Assembly (NCBI GenBank): GCA_964016885.1
Contig: OZ024740.1
Span: 377,642,001 to 377,706,000, forward strand
Direction: 5' to 3'
Source of the DNA: Eledone cirrhosa
Lineage: Eukaryota
Length of the DNA: 64,000 nt
In this document: piece by piece, positions 51,262 to 64,000 of the stretch
Layout of the letters: each line of letters starts with the position of its first letter
How positions within the stretch are numbered: position 1 is the first letter of the stretch
Made by a program: the position numbers and the translations under genes
Notes under the pieces: model-generated
Told to the model about the DNA's origin: nothing
Databases searched by the model: none
What the model saw: only the letters and a program-made list of their open reading frames with translations

Positions 51262-54200
51262 ATGACCTCACTCAGAATAGGCAGCATAAATGCGCGTGGC
51301 TTGGGGTCGTCATGGAAGCAGGGTCACCTGCTCAACGACCTCAGGTCACTAAACATAGATGTAGTGGCCATCAGCGAGACCAGAATCTCCGAAGCACGGG
51401 CCTTCGCACCGATCTTCGGCGGCTACGATGTGTACGCATCTCCCAGCCGTCCTGGATCGGGGGGGGAGGAGTTGCTGTGCTTTTTCGGAGAGGTTTGGAT
51501 CTCGCCATACGGGCCATCTTCCTGGACCCAGAGGGTAAGCTGGTGGTGCTGGACGTGACCAGCGGAGACGGGCAAGCTTTCAGGCTAGTGGCTGTCTATG
51601 CCTCGACAGGAGCAGGGCGACCTGATTTCTTCCGGCGTCTGGAGACCTTTCTTGGAACGTCCAGCACTTTAGTGTTAGTGGGCGACTGGAACGGGATCTT
51701 AGATGCACGCTGGGACTGTGTGGGATTAGCGGATAGGGGTGGAGGGTGCAAGAGCCTCACCAACCTGCTCAGGCGTTTTGAACTGTCTGACAGGTACTGA
51801 ATGGATTTCCCGAATGTACCAATGTGGACTTGGACAAATCGCATAGGGTCATCCAGATCATATCTAGATAGAGTATTTTGTAGGGAAATAGATAGGTCTA
51901 GCATAGGCTGTCCACAATTCAAGATAGTTAGCTACACGGACCACAAATTCGTGATCTGTGTGCTTGACTTAGATAAGCTTCATAGACGAGGACCCGGCTA
52001 CTGGAAGCTAAACGCGTCCTTACCAGCGCGCAAGGCCTACAGAGACCGGATTAGCGAACTAGTTAAGCGAGCGTTGACGGGGGCCATCGTCAACAACAAG
52101 TGGTGGTTTGCTCTGAAAAGAGCGATTAGAATAGAATCCATTAGGTTTAGTAAGGCTTTAGCAATAGAGAAAAATAGAGCAGAGGGAGAACTAGTTAGAA
52201 AATTAGACGAGGCGCTTAGCAAAGGCATTGCGACCGACGTGCTTGCGGCGAAATTGGCCCTTGGCCAATTCTTCAATGCAAAGCACGAAGGATGCGTTGT
52301 CAGAGCAAGGGTGCGTGCTCTCAGACACGAGGGGACGAAAGCCGTTCAATGGGCCCGAGTGGCGGAGGCGCGTCGTGGCAACAAAGCCACGATCCGGTCT
52401 TTGGTGGACCACGACGGGCGCATGCTACTCGATCCCGGGCAAATGTGTGAAGCTTTTCAGCAAAACTTCGCTCAGCTGTTCGGGGGCAGCGGTGGGCCGG
52501 GTCGAGGGATGGACTTTAGTGTCTACCTCGACGGACTGCCGCGGCTCTCGGCCACTGAGGCGAGGTGTTGCGGAAAGCCGATAACAGCCGCTGAAGTAAG
52601 GGAGGCAATGACTGGCTGCACAAGGGGTAAATCGCCTGGTTTGGATGGTCTGCCCTATGAACTTTACGTACAGATGCCAGACTTGTTCGGAGGCCTCTTG
52701 GCGGACGTCTACTGCAACTGGCAACAGAACGGGAGAATTCCCAGTTCTGTGAGCCGAGGAGCGGTGGCACTGCTGAGAAAGGATCCGAACAAGGGGGATA
52801 ACATAGATAATTTCCGGCCCATAACTCTGCTAAACACAGAGTTCAAGATTTTGACCAAGGTGCTAGCAAAGAGGTTGGCGCTTGTCGTTGGTGGTCTGGT
52901 GGGAGAGGCGCAGACATGCGCCATTCCCGACAGATCCATCCACGACAACCTCCACCTCATGCGATACATCGTAGAGAGGGTAGCTAAGGAACCTGGCACG
53001 GGTGGGTCCTTGATCAATTTAGATCAGTCGAAAGCTTTCGATAGGGTCGACCATCGTTACCTAGCGGCAGTCCTGAGGGCGGCTGGCTTTGGGCCCGTCT
53101 TCAGAGGCTGGATCGCTGCCATGCACAGCGACATCTGCTCTGTGGTGAGAGTGAACGGTCACCTGTCGGAACCGTTCAACATCATGCGCTTGGTCCGCCA
53201 AGGATGTCCCCTCTCGTTCCTCTTGTACGTATTGACTCTCGAGCCATTACTGCACAAACTGGAGACGTTGAGGGGCGTCCCGCGCGAACTAGGATGCGGA
53301 AGATCCGTGTCAGCATATGCGGACGATGTCACCGTAGTGGTGTCGAACGCCAAACACATCGAGGCGATCGGCACTACACTAAGAGAATACGAAGCGGTGA
53401 CGGGAGCAATGATCAACCAGGAAAAGTCAGTGGGCCTGCAGCTCGGCACCTGGAGAGGCAGGTTCATGCCGTCCAACAGCGTCGTCGGACGCTGGACGGA
53501 CGGACCGGTTAAATTGCTAGGGGTCTGGTTCGGTCCAGACCTCCAGACGGACAAAAACTGGGACGAGGTGACGAGCAGGGTGGCTTCTCTCACCCAGAAA
53601 TGGGCGGAGAGGAAGCTATCCCTGAAAGGTCGAGCGGAGGTGGCTAACGCGTACATCGCGTCTGTCATCTGCTACCGCCTGACCGTCGTACCTTGTCCTA
53701 AGCCTCGCCTGACTGCGCTGGAGCGTTTGCTCTTTCGCTTTTTGTGGAAGGGACGCGCTCCGATGGTCAGGCGGTCCATCTGTTGTCAACACCCGCTACG
53801 TGGAGGGCTGGGCATGCCGTGGCTGATGATGCGCAGGCACGCGCTCAGGCTACGACATCTCCACCTCTTCCTCGACGGTGATCAGGTGTGGTCGCCGTTT
53901 GCTAGACACGTATTTCCCCAGCTCATTTCCTTGACGGAGCTGCAGTCCTGGGTCAAGCGAAGACCGAGAGAGAGCACCTGCAGACTGGAATGTCTTCAGG
54001 CGCTCACAGCCCTCGACCAATCGGGCAATGTGATCGGTGGAAACTCCACCTTGGCGTTCTATACAGGATTAGTGGAGGGGAAACTCTAGGTCTCGACGAA
54101 AATCAACTAGCCAATCTCTTCGGAAGAACTTTCGGGCCGGGGCCTATGGACAACTTCCAGAAATCCCTGTCCTGGCAGTGCTACCGAGGAGCTTTGCCAG

Positions 54201-54661
54201 TTCGGGATAAACTCTACAGGAATGGAGGTGCCGTCAGCCGGGCATGTCCGAGATGCGCGCAGGGCGACGAAACCGTCCTGCACGCACTCGTCCAGTGTCC
54301 GACCATTGCTGACTTGTGGGTTTATGTCGAACACCTGCTGTCGCGTGTAGGACGGATCCAGCTATCATCTGAGTCCATCATGAGGATTGCCCTGCCCTCC
54401 TCCTTTAGCCGGGAAGGGCAGGCAGTTTTTATCTGTCTGGTGACAATGGCGAAAGAGATAGTATGGTGGACACGTTTGAAAGGGCTGAAGACGAGCACTT
54501 ACCTCTTCGGTGATGCTCTGATTGACTTTTTCAAATTTCATTTGAAAAGGAAAATCAGAGTAGAGAGGGAAGTGCTCTCTTCCCAGCATTTTGTTGAAAG
54601 ATGGGTGAGAGAAGCAAGAATGGCCCGAGTGAATGGGCCTACTCTGAGTATATATCTGTAA
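51262..54661 (+). pseudogene. Tx1-like ORF2 (APE endonuclease, reverse transcriptase, C-terminal Zn finger) with frameshifts at ~51465, ~51799 and ~54080
   Basis: Consecutive ORFs 51262-51558, 51312-51800, 51801-54089 and 53990-54661 carry APE and RT motifs (SPGLDGLP, YADD, KLLGV, GGLG). Confidence 0.88.
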
Positions 54662-55056
54662 ATTAAAGGTGGAAACTGGGAGAGGGCACTTGCCTTGGTG
54701 GTCAGGGTCATTGTGGCTTTTTACTGGGCTTTCTCCACAAATGTCCCTCCGAAGTCTCCCCCCCTATTGGGGAATTTTTCATTGTTATTTTTTGTTACAT
54801 CCTCTGTTTTTTGTTTTTTACACGCAGAAATGCCCATTTGTACCGTCCTGTATTGTCCTGCACTGTCCTTAATGTCTACTTTATGTAAACCCTTGTGGTT
54901 AATAAAGAAATCATTATTATTATTATTATTATTAGCTATATTTATTTACTCATGTTTATGTGCTTTCTACTCCTACAACTCTTAATTTATGCATCCCCCT
55001 CTTTTTTTATTTCCTCAACCATTGACACACACAACCCGCGCGCCCTAGCCTCTCTC

Positions 55057-55101
<45 letters not shown>

Positions 55102-55243
55102 GTGTACATATATATATAATTGGTGTGGGATGCCTAAAGCGTCCGTATGCGGTAGGCCGTTTGAGCACTCGATGCTTTTACAGAGCAGAGTATAATATCT
55201 CATAAGAAACGGAGAATCAGTGGTGCGACGAATAACATTTATT

Positions 55244-55340
55244 AGACATATTACAATCGTTTCTCTGGCGACCAGCTCGAGGCACGATCGATGCAATGAT
55301 CGAACCTGACCCTGAAATCGCAAGGTCCTCAGATACGTCT
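55244..55340 (-). ncRNA. Hammerhead with 8-bp stem I and ~62-nt stem II, in a PLE end (55118-55620)
   Basis: Minus strand: agacgtat-CTGAGGA-ccttgcgat...gtcgccaga-GAAA-CGATTG-TA-atatgtct; then AATAAA, tail motif and (TA)n. Confidence 0.78.
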
Positions 55341-56557
55341 CGATTCTAATGTTCACTCGCCAGCTTAAATCCTGTTGTTTGTCGCTGGGTGGTCAAGAAT
55401 TGTACACGTCATCAGTATTTTTGGCCACTCATGGCCGTCATTTATCTGCTTCCTTTCGTATGCCAACTGTCAATCAAAGTTGTTTCTTATATCGGAATTA
55501 CTACTGTAGGAGGTGAGGGGTTGTATGATTGAAACACTCGCGCCCTGTCGCAGCCTTCCCGGCCTGTAGGCGCCCACACACATGTCCATGTTTCGCGCAG
55601 GCGTGATACATATGGGCACTTATACACCCACAACAATCACATACATACCCGCAACTGTATTATATGCGACAATCGCAGTAAATATTGAATGTGCAGCGAA
55701 TACTTCGAAATAATTTTTTTTTAAAAAGGAGAAACATTTTTAAAAAACGTTTCCGAAAAACACACCCTCTAAATACCTTAAAAAACACATTTTTAAAAAA
55801 AACTATAAAAAGAACATTTTTTTAAATGCTTGAAAGAGCCTTTCAAAAAAGTTATTTCAAAAGTATTTTTGATAAATATACACATATCTACACACACACA
55901 CACACTGTACTCAGGAAAGCATATATACTTAAGACGCTGTACATATATACAGATGAAAAAATGGAAAATCTACACATACATATGCATACACCTACACAGA
56001 CATGTTCATATAAATACATACACACAGACATGCATACAGATGCATGCATACATATATGCATGCCCACACATACATACATGTACCCGCGCATGAGTATGCA
56101 CATGGGTATGCTTATACATCTCAGAAAGCACATACTTGATGAATACCTACATATCCACACACACACGCAACTGTGCACATGGCGGATAAAATATTATATG
56201 AGAAAACATTCTTGAGGCTTGGACCCAACCCATTCATAAGCCTGAAAGTGCATGCACAATATGCATAAATGCAATAACTACGTAGTAGCCACGTACTAAT
56301 CACAGACAACATGGTGGGGGGGGGCACATATATGAATGCGTGTACGTACATAAAATAAAATAAAATAAAATAAAATACTGGAAAAAGGAATGTATACATG
56401 AAAAAATGTTTGGCTGTTCAGTTTGTTGGGGTTGTTTTTAATCCCTCATTATAATTGACTTTCTTATTGTATTAATGACTTTTTCTTTCTAGTCTCCGAG
56501 ACCAGCCTTTTTTTTATGATCTACCTCACTCATAATTTTACATAAGTAAATATATAA

Positions 56558-56615
<58 letters not shown>

Positions 56616-57573
56616 ATATATTTATGTGTGTGATTGTATAGAACAATGAAAATAAAACAGAAGTCAGAGGAAGGTAGTTAATTAATTCATTGTGTAGTTA
56701 CTAGGAAATATTATTTTAAAAAACACGTGGGAGAAAGGGAAATAAAAAACTCGGAAGACACAAAGACAAGGACAATTCCCACTTATCAGCTGTCTTCTGT
56801 AGATCATTATGGTTTCGAATGTATTTTATTAAGTTATATGAATTATGTAATATAAAATTTATCGGAGTTCTATTCAAATGAATCTTGGAAAATTACACTT
56901 CAAAATATTTAGATAATTATTCAACATCTTGTTAAACGCGTCAGCAGTATCTTTTGTTTGTATGTTTACTACTTCATTTTAGAATTTCATCAACACCCAA
57001 TTATTCTCCGACCGCATCAATTATTTTATGACCTTGACTCAAACAAACGAATATCGTGAAAACTGAAAAGTAACCGCCTACAGATATTTAGCTGAGATCA
57101 CAATAATCATTATTTTTCATTTTGTGTTATTCATCACCAAAACAAAGAGCTCTACTGGTTTGATTGTCTTCATTATTATATACACAAGAACACACAAGAA
57201 CGTACTCAAACATACGTTCACACACACAAGCTCTCATCAATAAGCGCGGACACGGACACACAAAACTAAAAGAGAATAATATCTACACATATATATAGGC
57301 ATGTGTGTGTGTGGGGGGGGGTCTTAGTGGTTAAAGTGTTGGGATTACAATCGTAAGGTCACGAATATAAAGAAGGCATTTCATTTCACGTTATTTCAGT
57401 TCAGGTAACAAAATTTTATTTTACCTAAAATTCAATGGGTCGGCCTTGTCACTGAGAATTGCCTTGGTATATGTATGTGTGCGTGTGTCTATGGTCTATA
57501 TATGTATATTGTGAGTATGTATATATATTAATGTATGTATGTATGTTTGTATGTGTGTGTATATGTACGTGTT

Positions 57574-57611
<38 letters not shown>

Positions 57612-57618
57612 TATGTGA

Positions 57619-57998
57619 AGGGGCATGGCTTAGTGGTTAGAGCAGTAGGCTTGCAATCGAAAGGTTGTGAGTTCAATTCTCGGACTGGGTGATGTGTTGT
57701 TTCCTTGAGCAAGACACTTTATTTCACGTTGCTCCAGTTTACTCAGCTGAAAATGAGTACCAGCAATAGCTGGAGGTTTAACCCTGCGATGGACTGGCGT
57801 CCTGTCCAGGGGTAGTCTTGTACTCTCAGTCGCTTCACGCCATGAAACCGGGATAAGCACCGGCCAAATGAGCCTTCTGGCTTAAGACAGACTTTAGACT
57901 TACGGCCTGCTCGCCCAGCCAGTGGGATGGCGTCATCGTATGGCTAAAACAGCACGTGCTGTGACCGACGGACTGGTCGGTCAAGGTGATCAAGGTGA
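57619..57998 (+). mobile_element. tRNA-derived SINE S2 with a Deu/Nin-like domain and a LINE-like 3' extension
   Basis: A box tggcttagtgg, B box gagttcaattc, ccttgagcaagacact, ctgcgatggactggcgtcctgtccagggg, gtcgcttcacgccatgaaaccgggataagc; ends (caaggtgat)x2. A decayed copy lies at 57320-57450. Confidence 0.8.
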
Positions 57999-60088
57999 TA
58001 TATGCATATTAATGTGTACTTTAAAATATAATTTATAGTTATATTTAAAATCAATAAAACGCATTAGATGTCTCAAAATATTTGGTATTCAATTAGAGAT
58101 AATGATTATGTATATTTTGATGACGGTACGTTTCTCATATTTATACACGTCCACACACATACACACACATACACATTGTCTTTTCGTCTTATGTAACTGT
58201 TTTTCTTTGTGTATTTTCAGCTCATACTATATTTATATATGTATAACGCTACTTGGTTTTCCCGGCAACCAATGTACTTCTGTTTACCTGATCTTAACAC
58301 TCTTTTCTTTCTATTTCTTTTTTTTCTCCTATCTCCCCCCTCTCCACTCTACCTCTCTCTTCCGCTCCGTCTTTGTTTTTATTCTCTTGTCCCCTCGTCT
58401 TCGTCTTTCTCCTCTTCTTCTTCCCACCCTTCTATCTTTTAACTCTTGAATTCGGTAGGTAGGAAAACGTATTTTGTAAAGCTCCACCGCCTAACCACAT
58501 TCTTTTGACGAAAGTTTGAACTTTTCCATTTTTCCAATGCTTACACGTTGCACATCTCACATGCTATGTCTGTTATCTATTTAAGTCATTTTTATGCGCT
58601 TTTCCTATAAGTTTGATTCGTGTGTGAACATCCATGCATATTTTCGCATAGCTATCAAATAACAACATTCATAATCATTTCTATGTTATGATGACGGTAC
58701 AAGCTTTAAAGTATTTAGATATGAACATGTAGTCCCTCTTCACAACAGACAGAAAATATTATTTTATTTATTATCCTTTCATCCAATTTTCAAGTCGGTA
58801 TAATTAGATTTGGATAAGACATACTTGTCTGTTGCTTATCAAATGACTACATAGGAGCTTCTTCATTGATTCGTGTAGTTATTACACTCAAGTTATGTCT
58901 CTAATCTCCTCGTATACATCATGCACAATACAACAACCTATATGATTCCGCTGAAGTTAGTAAGGCTTATCTTATCTGTTAACAAATACGCGTAATCATT
59001 AAAGGTAAAATAATTGACTGAATTCATATTCTCATTGTGTAGCCCAGCGTCAAATAAATAGTTGTTCTATTAACCAATCCGCCGGGGCTGTGGGGAGGCC
59101 ACCAATATGATTGACTGACTTGTCATTTTATCAGTCAGATGTTCACAATGTTTACTGTATTGTATGTACAAACCCATGTCGATAACAAAGAAGGCAGTGA
59201 ATTAGCAGAGTCATTAGAACGCCGGTTAGAATACTTTGTAGTATTTGTTTCGACTCGCTGCTCTCTCAGTTCAAATCCCATTGAGGTCTACTTTGCCTTT
59301 CATCCACCTTTCTGTTTAGTTGATATTGAATTTATAGTCAAGACGGATTATGTCGATTTGTTTTGTTTTTTTTTTATTCAAAATACTGAAATATTTTCAT
59401 AATCAGAAGTCAATGAAATAGAAGAAGGGGATATATCAGCAAATCTGAAAGTAAATTTAAACTCGGGATCGATTTTAAGTTTTTTAACATATGTTTTACA
59501 CCTCCCACCACGAATTTGTATTTATGGAGATGGCTGTAATCAATTCATAGTAAAAGAAAAAGAAAGGCAGTGTCATAACCTTTAAAGGGCTGTCTATGGT
59601 GAGTGATGTCAATGCGGTTAACATTCAGTTTGAACTTCTGTAGATTACGGTCTGTTATATAAACGTGAGCAAAGAGAAAATGTCCAAGGGTTGCAGCTAC
59701 GTGATATAATGAAGTGATAGAATTATTTAGCACGGAATCTGGGCTTGAGACAGTATAACCGATTAGAAAATGAGAAACGGATACATCTGATGAGATAAAA
59801 TGCCGCTAGCTAATTCATTTGTGCAGAAGCCGTTGTAGTTACGATGGATGTCAAGATAAGAAACAGCGCATCTCTGAACTAGTGGTTGTAGTGTTTATGG
59901 CAAAGGAAACTTTAAAAACCAATCTTTTGTTGACCACTCATTAATCCCACAATGTTTTATCATTTTTAGTGCTTTTTGTTTCTTTTTGCTTTGTTTTTTA
60001 CTTGTTGGTGTTGTTATTTTTCTTCTTTTTAATTTTCTTCTTCGGAATTGATAGAGCGGCGGAGAAATGTTCATTATGATATCTGCTA

Positions 60089-60275
60089 AAGGCGGTGGAT
60101 TGGCAGTATCGGTAGAGGGTCGGACGCCATGCTTTCCAGCATAGTTACGTCCCTTTACGATCTGAGTTCAAATCCTGCCGAGGTAGACTTTGCCTTTCAT
60201 CCTTACGGGGGTCGATAAAATAAAGTACCAGTAATGCACTGGGTATTTGCTGGCCTTGTGCCTAAAGTAGAAACA
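60089..60275 (+). mobile_element. SINE S1 with 16-bp TSD, nested in an older relative (60045-60452)
   Basis: TSD attatgatatctgcta at 60073-60088 / 60276-60291; the flanks continue as a diverged SINE. Confidence 0.9.
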
Positions 60276-61639
60276 ATTATGATATCTGCTACGGTTTTTC
60301 AAACTCAGCTAAAGTCAACTTTTCTTTTTACTCTTTCGGGGGGGGGGGCGATAAAATAAAGTACCAGTCAAGCTCTGGTATCGATATAATTGACTTTTCC
60401 TCCAATCCCCCAAATTACTGGCCTTATGACTAAATTAGAAATCATTGTTATTATAGTCGTCATCGTTAATGTTTTAAATTTAGTTTTAGTATTAGGTCTG
60501 TAAAAGACAGAATTATCATATGATGTATGGCTACGCCGACACATTGAAGAAGACTTTAAATAGAAATAATTCTTGAACGCATTATAATATAATTCAAATG
60601 AAAAGTTATTTAATAGAATTCAAAGTTCATTTGATTATTGAGAAAATTAAATCCTTATATGGTGACTAATTGAACATAAATGTTTAGTAAGAGTTTAAAC
60701 TTGGCGCAAGTGATATGATTAAATGCGATAAACCAGAAAGATATAGAGCTTAATAAACGCATGAAGGATAAACAAGAAAATCGATAAAATATGTAAAGTA
60801 ATTAATCGCATCCTAACAGATGGTCGCAAATTTAATGGGAATAGAGAAGAGATTGCGACACGTGCATGCCTTATGTCAAGAACATTAACCTTGTAAGTAA
60901 CGGAAATTGACTTCGATTAAAATAGAACCAATCCAAGGGCTTTCACGTCTGTTGTTTATATATTTTCGGTAGTAGACGTCGCCTTTCTTTTTAAAAAGAA
61001 TATTGACATGGCCAAAGAGTAATTGTATTTTTAATAGGAAAAAAGTTGGGATTTTATAATGTTTATTTCTTTCCCCTTAGCATCAGATGAATGAAACAAA
61101 ATACATGGTTCCAACTGGGAATCAAAACCAGCTTTCAGGCTTCTCTCGCCATGAGCTTTCCTAGTGTGCCGTGACATTCAATATATTGTTTTAAGAATAT
61201 TAATACAAACTTTAACAATGCATATTTAAAATGTTGAACATCTATAAAATAATGGTTCTAATATACTTGCTATTTCCGAAACGCGATGTTGTTTACGAAC
61301 TGTGTATGATAATGTAAAACTTAATAAAATCAATATTTGCCGCAAATCAGAGGTCGTACCAGTGTTAAGACAGTGATAATTGATTGATAATTTTGTTCAA
61401 ATTTTACTTCTCTATTGCTCCTTAGTGTTTTGGAAGATTTCACAACAAACACAGAATGCCACTCAAGTTTTATACCATGCTGAATATACTTCATATAGTA
61501 TCAAACTACAGGTTAAAGAATAGATGTTTACTCACTTATCAACAACGCTTTTTGATAGTTACTTAAATGTAATTTTAACTCTTATAAATATGTAGTCTGT
61601 GTTGTTTTATTTGGGTGCTGACAAGACTAGTATAATCTA

Positions 61640-62831
61640 CATGGTTGTTCAGACCCTTGAGGACATATTTTAATCGTTATAACTTTATTCTGACTCGTTC
61701 TGATTGTCATTTCTTTTTAAATAAATGATGACAGCTAACTCAGAAAATGAAATATCACGCTGTAATCATTACCTTAAAAGTAGAGAATGAGGGCTTAGAG
61801 ATTGCTTACTTCCGAAATGTCGCATGATTGTTTGTTGTGAAAGTTCGAAAAGAGTTGAAAGCAACTGACGAGGATTCTACAGCAGTACCAAACGTAAAAC
61901 ACATGCTAATGGTCCTGACACCATCAAAACACCCAAAATTGTACGAAAAGTGCAGAAAATTATCGATAAGAACTGCAAAACATCCATTTACGCCAATGCT
62001 AAGGAGTTCAAGATTTCAAAGCACACTATCGGAAGAAGTGCGCATGTGGATCTTCGAAACAAGTGATGCGAAAAGACCAATTCATGTCTGCAAAGAGAAA
62101 GATAACCGTCTAATCCGCGCAAAGTGCTTGTTCAGCTAGTTGAAACTTTTCACTGATAAGAAAAACCTTGATCAGGACCAAAAGGTCAACCGAAGGAAGG
62201 GCAGATGATTATGCAGAGATGCTAGAGACGTTCCAATGGTCATGCATACAACTTTTCCTGCAACTGATGGTTCTGGGAGTCATAAGCAACGAGAGATGTC
62301 ATGCCTCCTCACCTCATTTCTCGAGGTTTAAGAGACAATGCTGCTGACTATAAGGATATATTGGAGAAGGTTGAGATGCATTGGATAGAAAGCATGAGCA
62401 AATGAAACCGTACACCTACCAATAAGTCTACGCCAAGAATAGATGAGTTACAATCTCCACGATCCCGTTATTCCAAACATATGGCTCGTAGCTTCCATGT
62501 CCTGGATCTGTTGGATCACTATGCATTGGGCATTGGGCATAGTCGAGAAGGAAGCCAATCAATGCCCTCATAACACTATAAAATCTTTGAAGTCCACCAT
62601 AACCAGCACAATGTCCAAAATAGATTTAAAAAATTATCTTATTCGAGCATGTCAACCTTTCAGACCTCGTATTGAAACAGTCATCGATACTAACGGCGGA
62701 TTCATTAAGTAGATGCGTCAAGAAGATTATTCATGTCAATCAATTTTTTTCTCAAATAAATTTCTTCTTTCGTGACATATACGTCTTTTACTAAATTCAT
62801 GCAAATGTCCTCAAAGAACTGAGCAGCCCTG
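61640..62831 (+). mobile_element. Decayed Tc1/mariner element (maT/DD37D-like transposase relic)
   Basis: Imperfect TIRs catggttgttcagacccttgaggacat / atgtcctcaaagaactgagcagccctg, TA on both sides; FTDKKNLDQDQKVNRR, GIVEKEANQCPHNTIKSL..RIETVIDTNGGFIK. Confidence 0.8.
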
Positions 62832-63732
62832 TAAAATGGGTTCTTTGTACACTTGTGTTGGTGAAATGTTGTTATCGTGAGGGCTCTATGTATGTTTTTG
62901 TGGTGTTTTGCTTTCTTCGGTACGTTATCTGTCTCCGAATGTTGTGGCGGCATTATAAATGAGTGATGTATGATGGGTTCAAATGAAGATTGAAATGGCA
63001 TTACAGTTTATGTTTACCACGAATTTACTCTTTACGAATTGGTATTTCCAAACAGATATGAATAAAACATTGGTTTCTGAATTTACCATAACATCACAAA
63101 TGCGTGGTATAGAGTATAGTAGATTGGATTGACTCACATATGTAAAAGGAATGAATTTATAGATTCCGGGAGTTAAGATAAAATACGAAGTTGACTCCTG
63201 CAGGATTTGAATACAAGACGTAGATAGAAGAACCTAAATATTGTATAGCATCTAGTTAAGTTTCCTTTCAAGATGCCTTCACGTTTTGTTAAATGCTTAA
63301 ATCTACTTATGTTTGTGAATATAATAAACAAAGATTTCCATAAATCTGTTGAGAAAAAAACTGATTATGCTGCTGTTCTGGAAAATGTGTTTGCTTTAAA
63401 TGTGTTAAAATGCAATCAATATTGATTCTCCGCTAGAATAGAAGAGATGTGTCTCCTAGTCATGGCCTGTTCAACCTAAACTAATTTTCTTCCATTAAAA
63501 TACTTGGCATGATGTACACAACACACTTCCCTTAACTAGAGCGGATTATTTCCCTAGCCAACGGGGTATTGAAAAGTAACAATTGACTTCCTCGGCGTAA
63601 TATGGTCTGCAGCTTGTCATAATAATTAGGCAAGATTATTTTCTTTGCAGCAATACTTTAAAAGGTACACAAGGAATTTAGGTTATTCTATCATGCATAC
63701 TAAAGTATATTATACTAATTTAGGGACAAAAA

Positions 63733-64000
63733 AAGAACACAAATAATTACAAAGCATCAAGTAAATGAAGATGATTATCCCCTAGCCTCGAGGCTCCATA
63801 AGGCCAGAGGTCAACTTCTGTTTGTGTAACATGCAACGCGAGAAAAAGAGATATATTTCCCCTTGGATTGAAGACCTTCCTGAAAATTAATAAAATATTC
63901 GTAAATTCCTCTACGTTGTACTACTGCTGAAAACGAAGCTAGTTATATCACTTGAAATACCTGCAACTAGATAGACTCACCTGTTAACATCAACGGTGCA
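63733..64000 (-). CDS. Possible last two exons of a minus-strand gene (64000-63981, then 63879 downward)
   Basis: Donor cag|gtgagt at 63980 and acceptor ttttcag at 63880 bound a 101-nt intron; two frames remain open and the product is unrecognised. Confidence 0.3.

Larger units (their letters stand above)
49009..54933 (+). mobile_element. Full-length Tx1-like LINE copy B
   Basis: 5'UTR, intact ORF1, ORF2 with small frameshifts, 3'UTR with AATAAA and (ATT)n tail. Confidence 0.93.

Noticed and set aside
51455-51470. Frameshift at the same G-run in both Tx1 copies (also 45934-45940), suggesting programmed frameshifting
   Set aside because: Run lengths differ (8 vs 7 G), and 6 or 9 would be in frame; homopolymer slippage or assembly error is simpler.
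57619-57692. tRNA gene
   Set aside because: A and B boxes are present but there is no closed acceptor stem, and the sequence continues into a SINE body; the same applies to the S1 heads.
59545-59920. Non-repetitive stretch with a 62-aa minus ORF
   Set aside because: No convincing splice sites or recognisable motif.

Overview
Repeat-dense, AT- and microsatellite-rich animal genomic DNA; the SINE and microsatellite make-up suggests a coleoid cephalopod such as Octopus (inference). Host coding signal is minimal: a likely internal exon at 1400-1552, a likely terminal exon at 12162-12221, and possible minus-strand exons at the right edge. Most of the rest is mobile DNA. It includes several Penelope-like elements (PLEs) and many short PLE ends sitting in (TA)n tracts, a degenerate RTE LINE, a non-autonomous Helitron with an intact spliced mini-ORF, Tc1/mariner relics and two tRNA-derived SINE families. 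A ~20-kb array (35088-54933) of R4/Dong-like and Tx1-like LINEs is stacked in one (ATT)n tract. Structure not shown by the ORF track: (1) about 19 hammerhead-ribozyme motifs from roughly 14 unrelated sequence families, many in fold-back mini-elements, including a U3-A8 compensatory core variant; (2) an (ATT)n-centred set in which a young SINE shares its 3' tail and target preference with the Tx1-like LINE; (3) two adjacent Tx1 copies with near-identical ORF2 but highly divergent 5'UTR/ORF1. All calls were made by eye; no searches or folding programs were run.
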